64,000 bases of DNA from a virus (Duplodnaviria > Caudoviricetes): IMG/VR virus record IMGVR_UViG_3300025450_001231, one strand, 5' to 3'. The notes under the pieces are model-generated. The model made no database searches. It saw only the letters and a list, made by a program, of their open reading frames with translations, and was not told the origin of the DNA. Below are positions 34,288 to 42,376 of this stretch, in pieces; within the stretch, counting starts at the first letter, position 1; each line of letters starts with the position of its first letter. Made by a program: the position numbers and the translations under genes.

Positions 34288-35128
34288 AATTAAAATTTCA
34301 GAATTATTTTATAGTGTGCAGGGAGAAGGTCGCTATATGGGTGTACCATCTATATTTTTGCGTACATTCGGTTGTAACTTCAAATGCGCTGGCTTTGGAA
34401 TGCCAAGAGGAGAACTAAGTAATGAAACAGATGATATTGCAAGTGTTGTGCAAATGTACAACGATTATAAAGAATTGCCTTTGGTTTCTACAGGCTGTGA
34501 TTCTTATGCTAGTTGGGATCCTCGCTTTAAGCATCTCTCTCCTTTACTTTCTACTGATTCAATTGCCAATTCGATTATGGATATACTTCCTTACAAAGAA
34601 TGGCAAGACGAACATCTTGTAATCACTGGCGGCGAGCCATTGCTAGGTTGGCAACGTCAATATCCTGATTTGCTGGATCATCCTAAAATGCATGGACTCA
34701 AAGAGATTACATTTGAAACCAATGGCACTCAAAAGTTAACCCCAGAATTCAAACATTACTTGGATGACTGGACTATTGCCAACTGGGATAGAGAAATCAC
34801 ATTCAGTGTAAGTGCCAAACTTCCTGCCAGTGGAGAATCGTGGGAGGATGCTATTAAGCCCGAAGTTGTATGTGAATATGAACAAGTTGGTACTGCTTAC
34901 CTTAAATTAGTGGTTGCAACTGAACAAGATATCGCTGACGCAGAATGTGCAGTAGGAGCATTTCGTTCAGCAGGATTTAAGGGACACATTTATCTAATGC
35001 CTGTTGGTGGTGTGGAAAGTGTTTATACATTAAACGCAAAGAATGTAGCACTGGCCGCTATGAAGCGTGGATGGCGTTACAGTGATAGATTGCAAGTGCC
35101 ATTGTTTAAGAACGAGTGGGGCACCTGA
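34280..35128 (+). CDS. queE: 7-carboxy-7-deazaguanine synthase (radical SAM)
   Basis: ISELFYSVQGEG, FLRTFGCNFKC...GCDS, VITGGEPLL, ITFETNG, SVSAKL, RLQV. Confidence 0.88.
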   Translation: MSKIKISELFYSVQGEGRYMGVPSIFLRTFGCNFKCAGFGMPRGELSNETDDIASVVQMYNDYKELPLVSTGCDSYASWDPRFKHLSPLLSTDSIANSIMDILPYKEWQDEHLVITGGEPLLGWQRQYPDLLDHPKMHGLKEITFETNGTQKLTPEFKHYLDDWTIANWDREITFSVSAKLPASGESWEDAIKPEVVCEYEQVGTAYLKLVVATEQDIADAECAVGAFRSAGFKGHIYLMPVGGVESVYTLNAKNVALAAMKRGWRYSDRLQVPLFKNEWGT

Positions 35129-35364
35129 TGATGGGTGTAGGATACCAGAATCAGTGGATTGACGAAGACGATGCTTTTTATCGTAGAGCTGAATGGGAAG
35201 AACGTTTTGCACTAACACCGCAACGTTGCGATTTAAGTCGAAAGCGTATTTGGCTTAAAAAAGGATTTGTTGGTAGTGCTGCTTGGACTGGTCCCGGATC
35301 ACCTATATGGGAATATAGGTGGCACGATGCTAAAGAACATATGATGTGGTTACTAAAAAGATAA
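35128..35364 (+). CDS. Hypothetical protein
   Basis: Trp-rich ORF; start ATG 35128 or 35131. Confidence 0.55.
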   Translation: MMGVGYQNQWIDEDDAFYRRAEWEERFALTPQRCDLSRKRIWLKKGFVGSAAWTGPGSPIWEYRWHDAKEHMMWLLKR

Positions 35365-35365
35365 T

Positions 35366-35845
35366 ATGAGTAATGTAAGCAAGGGTAGAGAAAGTTACGA
35401 TATAACTACAGGCAACACCCTTGTTGCTTTTTTTAATCGCAATATCAGCACTTACGGCACTGAAGCCGGCGGTGTTAAGTTTGATCTTGTGCCGGTAACC
35501 AAGCAAAAAGATATAATGCTCAATGTGGCACGTATGCACGCAGAGCAAGAGTATAATCGTATTATGGAACTGGTAGCAGTATTGCAACGACAGGCTGCAG
35601 AAATAAAAGAACGATTGGATTTAACCGACCTAGTTCATTCAGCTAAATATGAATATCAACTAGCACACGGACAAACATATTGGATCGTATACGATCACAA
35701 AAAACAACAAACAATACTATTAAGTACTGGACCAAACGATTGGTCAACTGGTCCAGCACCAGAATGGGAATATCTCAAAGCAGTTAAATGGTTAGGTGAT
35801 CACACGTGGATAGAAGTCAAGGAAGATAATAATGGGAATATTTGA
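35366..35845 (+). CDS. Hypothetical protein (DUF2452-like)
   Basis: Coiled coil LQRQAAEIKER followed by GQTYWIVY. Confidence 0.55.
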   Translation: MSNVSKGRESYDITTGNTLVAFFNRNISTYGTEAGGVKFDLVPVTKQKDIMLNVARMHAEQEYNRIMELVAVLQRQAAEIKERLDLTDLVHSAKYEYQLAHGQTYWIVYDHKKQQTILLSTGPNDWSTGPAPEWEYLKAVKWLGDHTWIEVKEDNNGNI

Positions 35846-36230
35846 TAAATTTATAAAAAAACCAGAGCCACCTAAGGTAGAAACACCCAAAGTTGTTAAA
35901 CCAAAAGAGCCCAGGCCCAAAAAGAAAACAGAAAAAGAGTTGGCTACTGAGCGTGGTGAACCTTGGGTCAGTGTTGTTCAAGTTGAACTAGACCCTGAAA
36001 ACATTGGTAATGGTGCATTCGAATTAGATTGGAATGAATTCTTTGTGGCTAAATTGATTCGTGCTGGTTACAAAGGACGGGACGACAGCCAAATTGTTGA
36101 CCAATGGTTTCAGGATGTCTGCAGAAATGTCGTTTTGGAAACATTTGAGCAGTATGATGCCAACAACCCAAGACCCCCAAATGGCGTTCAACGCAAAGAT
36201 TTGGGCAACGGTTACTCAGAAGTTTCTTAA
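35832..36230 (+). CDS. Hypothetical phage protein
   Basis: Lys/Pro-rich N-terminus followed by GAFELDWNEFFV. Confidence 0.7.
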   Translation: MGIFDKFIKKPEPPKVETPKVVKPKEPRPKKKTEKELATERGEPWVSVVQVELDPENIGNGAFELDWNEFFVAKLIRAGYKGRDDSQIVDQWFQDVCRNVVLETFEQYDANNPRPPNGVQRKDLGNGYSEVS

Positions 36231-36249
36231 ACTTTTGGTTAACCGACGG

Positions 36250-36278
36250 TTGACCATAAATCTATTATATGCTATTAT
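36250..36278 (+). promoter_or_regulatory. sigma70-type promoter with extended -10; likely leaderless rnh mRNA
   Basis: TTGACC-17 nt-TATTAT with TGn; ATG 36285 lies 7 nt after the -10. Confidence 0.65.
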
Positions 36279-36284
36279 AATGAT

Positions 36285-37274
36285 ATGAAATACTTAATCG
36301 TTGATACCGCAAATACATTCTTCCGTGCACGTCACGGCGCCAGCAGACAAAGTGATGCGTGGGACCGTTTGGGTTTTGCCATACACGTTACACTCAGTAG
36401 TGTCAACAAAGCATTTAGAGACCAAAATGCTGATCACGTGGTGTTCTGTTTAGAAGGCCGTTCGTGGCGCAAGGACTATTATGAACCCTACAAGAAAAAC
36501 CGAGCAGTTGCCCGTGCCGCTCAAACAGAAGCCGAGCAAGAAGAAGACAAGCTCTTTTGGGAAACTTTTGACGATCTCAAAGACTTTATCTCAACCAAAA
36601 CAAATTGTACTGTTCTCAGGCACGAAAGACTGGAAGCAGATGACTTGGTGGCAGGATGGATCCAAAGTCACCCTGAGGATCACCACACCATCGTAAGCAG
36701 TGATACAGATTTTTATCAGTTACTGGGTCCTAATGTAAATCAGTACAATGGTATCAGTGACGAGCTACATACCATCGAAGGTATCTTTGATAAAAAAGGC
36801 AAGTTGGTAATTGATAAAAAGACCAAAGAGCCTAAACGCATTCCTGAACCTAAATGGATCTTATTTGAAAAGTGTATGCGTGGCGATCCCACTGACAATA
36901 TCTTTAGTGCATATCCAGGTGTGCGTACTAAAGGTTCTAAGAATAAAGTGGGTCTACAAGAAGCGTATGCAGACAAAGACCGCAAAGGATTTGCGTGGAA
37001 CAATCTAATGTTGCAACGTTGGACCGACCACAATGGCGAAGAACATCGTGTATTGGATGATTACGAACGCAATCGTGTACTAGTAGACTTAACTGCACAA
37101 CCAGATGATGTCAAGGCTGTAATTGCAGAAACTATTGCGGCAGGTAGTGTTAGTAAAAATATTCCAATGGTGGGTGCACATTTCTTAAAATTGTGCGGCA
37201 AATATGATTTGGTGCGGCTAAGTGAACAAGCATCAAGTTATAGTAGTTTTCTATCAAAAAGTTATCCTCAGTGA
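36285..37274 (+). CDS. rnh: T4 RNase H-like 5'-3' exonuclease (FEN family)
   Basis: LIVDTANTFFR, CLEG, KKNR, LEADD, VSSDTDFYQL, GDPTDNI. Confidence 0.9.
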   Translation: MKYLIVDTANTFFRARHGASRQSDAWDRLGFAIHVTLSSVNKAFRDQNADHVVFCLEGRSWRKDYYEPYKKNRAVARAAQTEAEQEEDKLFWETFDDLKDFISTKTNCTVLRHERLEADDLVAGWIQSHPEDHHTIVSSDTDFYQLLGPNVNQYNGISDELHTIEGIFDKKGKLVIDKKTKEPKRIPEPKWILFEKCMRGDPTDNIFSAYPGVRTKGSKNKVGLQEAYADKDRKGFAWNNLMLQRWTDHNGEEHRVLDDYERNRVLVDLTAQPDDVKAVIAETIAAGSVSKNIPMVGAHFLKLCGKYDLVRLSEQASSYSSFLSKSYPQ

Positions 37275-37323
37275 TACAAGAAAGTAGAACTACGCAAATT
37301 ATGTCATTAAAAAATCAAGGAGA

Positions 37324-37539
37324 ATGAAAATGGCAACAAAGAAAACATCAGTTAATAAAATCAGTGACAAATTAGACAAAGTCAGCGACTCATATACTAT
37401 CAATATGTATGACAATGGCTTTATGTTGGAAATCAGTGGACGCAAAGACGAAGATTGGAAAAATGCCAAGATTATGGTTCAATCAGTTGAACAACTATTC
37501 GAACTAATCAAAGAAGCTGCAGAAATGGAAAGGGATTAA
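37324..37539 (+). CDS. Hypothetical protein
   Basis: SD AAGGAG; 71 aa. Confidence 0.65.
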   Translation: MKMATKKTSVNKISDKLDKVSDSYTINMYDNGFMLEISGRKDEDWKNAKIMVQSVEQLFELIKEAAEMERD

Positions 37540-37541
37540 TC

Positions 37542-38048
37542 ATGGCTACCTGGAACGTTAGTACATATTACAAGAAATCTTGCGAAGAAGTCGAAACATA
37601 CCATCAACGAGAAGGTGACGGTATTGTAACTATTAGAAATGGTTATCGATATGGTGAGTGGATCGTGGAAACCACAGATGACAATCTGCCTGAATTCAAG
37701 TTTGTAGAAGTTACGGGTGGTGATGGTAAACGGGATAGCATTGATATGCTGGACTGCGAAGTTAACAATATTGAATATGTAGAGCTAGTCGAATTGTTTG
37801 ATGGCGGCTGCTGGTATGATGTGGCTATGGCTAATCTAGACGAAGACGAAGAAGCTGAGCTAGAAGAATTTCTCGACGAGCATAGTGCATACGAGTTAGA
37901 AGAACGCGAAGAAGACAGTTGGAGTCAAGGCGATACACAATGGTGGATTTGGGGACCGATTGCAATTAAAAACGAAGCAGGTGATACAGTTCGTATCATT
38001 TGTGCAGACGATGAAGGTAATGTTGTAGACTTCAAGGAAGAAGAATAA
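37542..38048 (+). CDS. Highly acidic hypothetical protein
   Basis: 168 aa, Asp/Glu-rich. Confidence 0.65.
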   Translation: MATWNVSTYYKKSCEEVETYHQREGDGIVTIRNGYRYGEWIVETTDDNLPEFKFVEVTGGDGKRDSIDMLDCEVNNIEYVELVELFDGGCWYDVAMANLDEDEEAELEEFLDEHSAYELEEREEDSWSQGDTQWWIWGPIAIKNEAGDTVRIICADDEGNVVDFKEEE

Positions 38049-38049
38049 T

Positions 38050-38211
38050 ATGGATCAGGATACCAGAATAGAAGTGCTATTGGAATTAGACGAAGAAACG
38101 CAATTTAAGCTAATGAAGTTAGCGCACGAGCAGGATATTACTCTTAATGAGTTCGTCAATTTTTTGCTTAGAAATCATATACAGGAAACAAATGAGTCAA
38201 TTATTAGCTAA
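38050..38211 (+). CDS. Small ribbon-helix-helix-like protein absent from the ORF track (53 aa)
   Basis: MDQDTRIEVLLELDEETQFKLMKLAHEQDITLNEFVNFLLR; fills the gap between two genes. Confidence 0.6.
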   Translation: MDQDTRIEVLLELDEETQFKLMKLAHEQDITLNEFVNFLLRNHIQETNESIIS

Positions 38212-38671
38212 AAATGTAGTTAAAAATAAGTTTTGGATTGTTGAAAATCAAGGCGAGAAGATTGCCACTATCCAAGCGGTTGAAGATGGTACGTTTGTTT
38301 ACGTCGATACTTCAGACAGAAAAAAGTATCCTAGTATCAAACTGCTATCAAAAGAACATAATATTGTGTTCGACAATACCGTTGTTAAAAAAGAGCGAGT
38401 GGAACAAAAAAACCATACTGTACACGGATTTCCAGTTAAACAGAAACCGTGGAATATTTTATGGGATGTACGACATCATTTCCCTATCTATACTAAAACC
38501 AGTAAAAGCAAAAGTTATTACTGTGCAGGCTATTACTTAATTAAGTTTAACAACGGATGGGTTAAAAGTAATTGCCCTAAGTACATTACCTTAAATCGTT
38601 ATCCGTTCAAAGGTCCGTTTAAGTCAATGGCTCAAGCACAAGAAATGCTCAGAGAATTAGATGGAAAGTAA
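38192..38671 (+). CDS. Hypothetical phage protein
   Basis: Likely start ATG 38192 (MSQLLAKNVVKNKFWIV). Confidence 0.7.
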   Translation: MSQLLAKNVVKNKFWIVENQGEKIATIQAVEDGTFVYVDTSDRKKYPSIKLLSKEHNIVFDNTVVKKERVEQKNHTVHGFPVKQKPWNILWDVRHHFPIYTKTSKSKSYYCAGYYLIKFNNGWVKSNCPKYITLNRYPFKGPFKSMAQAQEMLRELDGK

Positions 38672-39233
38672 TTTTATACTGCAATCATACATAAAGGATA
38701 TAACTTTGTGTGATGATATTATCGAGTATTTTGAAGAAAATACTCAGTATCAGTATGACGGATTAATATCAGCAGCCGGCGAGTTCACTAATGTAAACAA
38801 AAAAATAAAAGATTCGACCGATTGTTTGCTTAGTCATAATCAAGATTTATATACAAAATACTGCAACGAATTACAACCCATTATTGAAAAATACGTAGAA
38901 AAATTTCCTTATAGTAATGAATATGCTCCGTGGCGATTAATAGAAGAAATTGTAGTCCAGCGATATTTGCCAGGGCAAGCATTTTATGAATGGCACACTG
39001 AACGCAGCAATTCCAAAATGCCTGCTACTACCAGACATATTGTTTTTATGACATATTTGAATGATGTGTATGACGGGGGCGGTACTGAGTTTTATCATCA
39101 AAATTTAGTAACTCCAGCAAAAAAAGGATCTACTATATTGTGGCCAGCAGATTGGACACATACCCATAGAGGCCAAGTATCGCTTACTGAAACAAAATAT
39201 ATCATAACTGGATGGCTTAACTATGTTGGGTAA
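38661..39233 (+). CDS. 2OG-Fe(II) oxygenase
   Basis: FYEWHTE, FMTYLNDVYDGGGTEF, WPADWTHTHRG, KYIITGW. Confidence 0.88.
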   Translation: MESNFILQSYIKDITLCDDIIEYFEENTQYQYDGLISAAGEFTNVNKKIKDSTDCLLSHNQDLYTKYCNELQPIIEKYVEKFPYSNEYAPWRLIEEIVVQRYLPGQAFYEWHTERSNSKMPATTRHIVFMTYLNDVYDGGGTEFYHQNLVTPAKKGSTILWPADWTHTHRGQVSLTETKYIITGWLNYVG

Positions 39234-39238
39234 CTATT

Positions 39239-39460
39239 ATGGAAAGTAATTTCTCCAATATGCATTTGAAAATGTTTAACGATAAAGTTAAATTAATGAA
39301 TCAAAGCAACAATAAGAACTTGGTACTATCGGCTACAGAAGCACGCAGTTTGCAGGCTGAAATATACGATTTATTGAATTATTGTGCAAATTTAAGCCGG
39401 AAAACTACTACTACAGAAGAAGTAATTAGTGTAGTAATGGACGGTGGTAGTTATAAATAA
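39239..39460 (+). CDS. Hypothetical protein
   Basis: 73 aa. Confidence 0.6.
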   Translation: MESNFSNMHLKMFNDKVKLMNQSNNKNLVLSATEARSLQAEIYDLLNYCANLSRKTTTTEEVISVVMDGGSYK

Positions 39461-39484
39461 TCTACGCACTTTTAATGATAAATA
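39452..39484 (+). promoter_or_regulatory. Tandem T4-late-type promoters
   Basis: TATAAATA 39452-39459 and TAAATA 39479-39484 before ATG 39503. Confidence 0.6.
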
Positions 39485-39502
39485 ATATATCGAAGAAACA
39501 TT

Positions 39503-39790
39503 ATGAGCAGACCTAAACCTAAAGTGTTAGCAGAACACGTCAATAAAATAAACTACAAGAGTGAGCAGATCTTGAGTAGCGAAGGGATTTGGGCTGTGTT
39601 TTATGAAGACCAACCTATCAACTTGAAGAGTCACAATATGTTGGTCAATTACCCCGGACCTAAATATAAAAAGACTAGTTTTAGTAATCCCGGGCACGCA
39701 ATTAATTTGGCTAAAAAGTTAAATGCGTTATTCAAAACAGAATCATTTTCTGTGGTTCTACTTAAAAGTGGTGACAAAATCTTCCCCTAA
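39503..39790 (+). CDS. Hypothetical phage protein
   Basis: MSRPKPKVL...YPGPKYKKTSFSNPGHAINLAKKLN. Confidence 0.7.
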   Translation: MSRPKPKVLAEHVNKINYKSEQILSSEGIWAVFYEDQPINLKSHNMLVNYPGPKYKKTSFSNPGHAINLAKKLNALFKTESFSVVLLKSGDKIFP

Positions 39791-40151
39791 GACTTATAGT
39801 CAAAGTCAATTAACAAAAATATTTGCAGTAACTGCCAATGTGCCAGCTGCTGATCAACTTACATTAAAGTATCGTATTTGGTTTAACCCTACCGAAGATT
39901 CTAGTCTCAGACTGACCTTGGAGGGCTATAGATTTGTTACCAAAGATGTCAAGTTACAAAGTTACACATTCGAATTGGAAGAACCTTTGACCAATCGTAA
40001 CTTACTGCAATTAGAAAGATACTTTCAAAGCGTTTACTATCTTTTTAAGAATACCAAAATTGTAGTATTCGAAGAATCCGAAGCCACTATGCTAGCACTT
40101 CACAGTGGAGATTTGAAAACCTATTTGGAAAACTTGGAATTAGAAAAGTAG
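39723..40151 (+). CDS. Hypothetical protein (start uncertain)
   Basis: True start probably further downstream, near 39770. Confidence 0.6.
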   Translation: MRYSKQNHFLWFYLKVVTKSSPKTYSQSQLTKIFAVTANVPAADQLTLKYRIWFNPTEDSSLRLTLEGYRFVTKDVKLQSYTFELEEPLTNRNLLQLERYFQSVYYLFKNTKIVVFEESEATMLALHSGDLKTYLENLELEK

Positions 40152-40206
40152 TACTAAAGTATTACTTTTATTTGATGCCGCTAAACCCGTTCTTTTTATC
40201 GGGTTA

Positions 40207-40235
40207 TTGACCGAAATACCAAACTTTGCTATAAT
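40207..40235 (+). promoter_or_regulatory. Strong sigma70-type (early) promoter
   Basis: TTGACC-17 nt-TATAAT with extended TGc; SD AAGGAG before ATG 40263. Confidence 0.85.
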
Positions 40236-40262
40236 ACATACATAGCAACAAAGGAGTGGTAA

Positions 40263-40532
40263 ATGGATATTAAAGCAGTCAATCGTGAGATTATGAGCGG
40301 CAATCTAACCAATGAAGATTTAGAATCTATCATTTTAGCAATTAAATTTGCCCGTGCTCAAATTGCAACTAGAACCAAACGCTCATTAAGTATCGGAAAT
40401 ACTGTTGTATTCAGATCCACTAAACTTGGCACACACACTGGCCGAGTTGAAAAAATTGCTATCAAATATATCACTATTCGTACTCCGAAAGGATTGTATA
40501 AGGTTCCTGCCAATATGGTAGAAGTAGTTTAA
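40263..40532 (+). CDS. Small early protein with an SH3-like C-terminus
   Basis: LSIGNTVVF...GRVEKIAIKYITIRT...YKVPANMVE. Confidence 0.65.
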   Translation: MDIKAVNREIMSGNLTNEDLESIILAIKFARAQIATRTKRSLSIGNTVVFRSTKLGTHTGRVEKIAIKYITIRTPKGLYKVPANMVEVV

Positions 40533-40541
40533 GGAAGCATC

Positions 40542-40778
40542 GTGTTTGTAGTATACAAAGTCAAAACTGGTAAAACTATATCGGTCTACACCCGAGAAAG
40601 TAGTGCCAAATCTCGGGTTACAAAAAATAATCGCGAGCATTTGATGCAGTTGCTAAAAAACAACGGTGAAAGACTATTCTTTTCTTGGAATCGCAAAGAC
40701 GAGTGGGCCTACTGTAGTTATACAGATTATGCTCCGATTTTTTACGAATTTCATAAGAAAAATCCAGGAATTTTTTAA
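40542..40778 (+). CDS. Small early hypothetical protein
   Basis: GTG start after AAGGAAG. Confidence 0.55.
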   Translation: MFVVYKVKTGKTISVYTRESSAKSRVTKNNREHLMQLLKNNGERLFFSWNRKDEWAYCSYTDYAPIFYEFHKKNPGIF

Positions 40779-40856
40779 TCTGTTGCACAAATACAACAGA
40801 CAATAATTCAAGAGTATTGTATAATACATTTTTAACGCAACAAAAAGGAGAAAGTT

Positions 40857-41966
40857 ATGGCTAAAGATAGTATCAGCGAACACCGCACAGTGACCTCAGA
40901 AACAGGTCGTCGTGCTATTATTAAATGTTTCCAAAAACAACGTCCAGTGTTTCTTTGGGGTCCTCCCGGCATTGGTAAATCAGAAGTTGTGGCAAGTATT
41001 GCTGCAGAAATGAAAGGTGCAATGATTGACCTTCGTCTTGCACAAATGGAGCCCACAGATCTGCGCGGTATTCCATATTTTAACAAAGACCTAGGTCTTA
41101 TGGATTGGGCGGCTCCCATTGATTTGCCCGATGCAGAATTTGCCAGCAAATATCCTGTCGTGGTACTTTTCTTAGATGAAATGAACTCTGCGGCACCCAG
41201 CATTCAAGCAGCTGCATATCAGTTGATTTTGAATCGTAGAATTGGTAAGTATCACCTGCCTGACAATGTGGTAGTTATTGCCGCTGGTAATAGAGAGTCG
41301 GATAAAGGTGTTACTTATCGTATGCCTGCTCCGTTGGCTAATCGTTTTGTTCACTTGGAAATGCGTCCAGATCACGCTGCCTGGGAACAATGGGCTGTGT
41401 TGAATCAAATTCACAAAGATGTTGTGGGCTATGTAGGTTTTGCCAAACAAGACTTATATGACTTTGATCCCCGTAGCTCAAGTCGTAGTTTTGCTACACC
41501 ACGTTCGTGGACTTTTGTTAGTGAGTTGTTGGCAGATGACGACTGTACTGACAGTGAGTTAACTGACTTGGTAGCAGGTGCAGTTGGTGAAGGTGTTGCA
41601 GTTAAGTTTATGGCACACCGCAAGATTGCTGGACAATTGCCCAAGCCCAGTGAAATCCTTAAAGGTAAAGTACACGAGCTTAAAATCAAAGAAGTTAGTG
41701 CTATGTATTCTTTGGTTATTAGTATGTGTTATGAGCTTAAGGATGAAGCTGGTAAGAATGGCGGCAAGCCAACTACAGAATGGCACGAAATGGCCGATAA
41801 CTTCTTTAAGTTTATGATGGATAATTTCACCACAGAACTTACTGTTATGGGCGCTCGTGTTGCATTGACTACTTATGCACTACCGTTTATCCCTGGTAAG
41901 CTCAAACACTTTGATGAGTTCCACAAGCGTTTCGGTAAGTACATTGTGGCGGCAAGCCAAAAGTAA
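40857..41966 (+). CDS. MoxR-family AAA+ ATPase
   Basis: WGPPGIGKS, DLRGIP, LFLDEMN, AAGNR, PAPLANRF, TPRSW; TATAAT at 40820-40825 and SD AAGGAG. Confidence 0.9.
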   Translation: MAKDSISEHRTVTSETGRRAIIKCFQKQRPVFLWGPPGIGKSEVVASIAAEMKGAMIDLRLAQMEPTDLRGIPYFNKDLGLMDWAAPIDLPDAEFASKYPVVVLFLDEMNSAAPSIQAAAYQLILNRRIGKYHLPDNVVVIAAGNRESDKGVTYRMPAPLANRFVHLEMRPDHAAWEQWAVLNQIHKDVVGYVGFAKQDLYDFDPRSSSRSFATPRSWTFVSELLADDDCTDSELTDLVAGAVGEGVAVKFMAHRKIAGQLPKPSEILKGKVHELKIKEVSAMYSLVISMCYELKDEAGKNGGKPTTEWHEMADNFFKFMMDNFTTELTVMGARVALTTYALPFIPGKLKHFDEFHKRFGKYIVAASQK

Positions 41967-42026
41967 AAGTTATTGGGGCAGAGAGTTTTCCTCCTCCTTT
42001 CTCTCTCGTAAGTCCTCGATTTTATT

Positions 42027-42329
42027 ATGCAATTAAATAAATTAGATGGCAGGCATTCCGGAAAAACGTGGTTTTCACACTATGTTAATTCCTCTCCTAC
42101 TTTAAGTGCCCGTGAAATTCGAATACAAGAATTCATAAATTGGAGAAACTGGTGTCAAGAAACATTTGGACCAGGTTGTGAAAGAAATTGGGCCACTAAT
42201 TATCGAGTGGTACACGGTGTTGCTCCTCGATGGGGATGGATCACAGATGAGCGCATTGTAGGCACTTTCCCAAGATTATATTTGGCTACAGAAGCAGAAG
42301 TGTCGCTTTTTACACTAAAATGGGGTTGA
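42027..42329 (+). CDS. Hypothetical protein ending in LKWG
   Basis: 100 aa ORF between moxR and the VWA gene. Confidence 0.6.
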   Translation: MQLNKLDGRHSGKTWFSHYVNSSPTLSAREIRIQEFINWRNWCQETFGPGCERNWATNYRVVHGVAPRWGWITDERIVGTFPRLYLATEAEVSLFTLKWG

Positions 42330-42354
42330 TGGTAATTCAATTCCCTGTTATAAT
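42326..42354 (+). promoter_or_regulatory. sigma70-type promoter with extended -10
   Basis: TTGATG-17 nt-TATAAT with TGt; SD AAGGAG before ATG 42377. Confidence 0.7.
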
Positions 42355-42376
42355 TGTATTTTAAGGAGCAGAAATT

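Noticed and set aside
40779-40800. LexA (SOS) box
   Set aside because: The CTGT-to-ACAG spacing is 12 nt, not 8.
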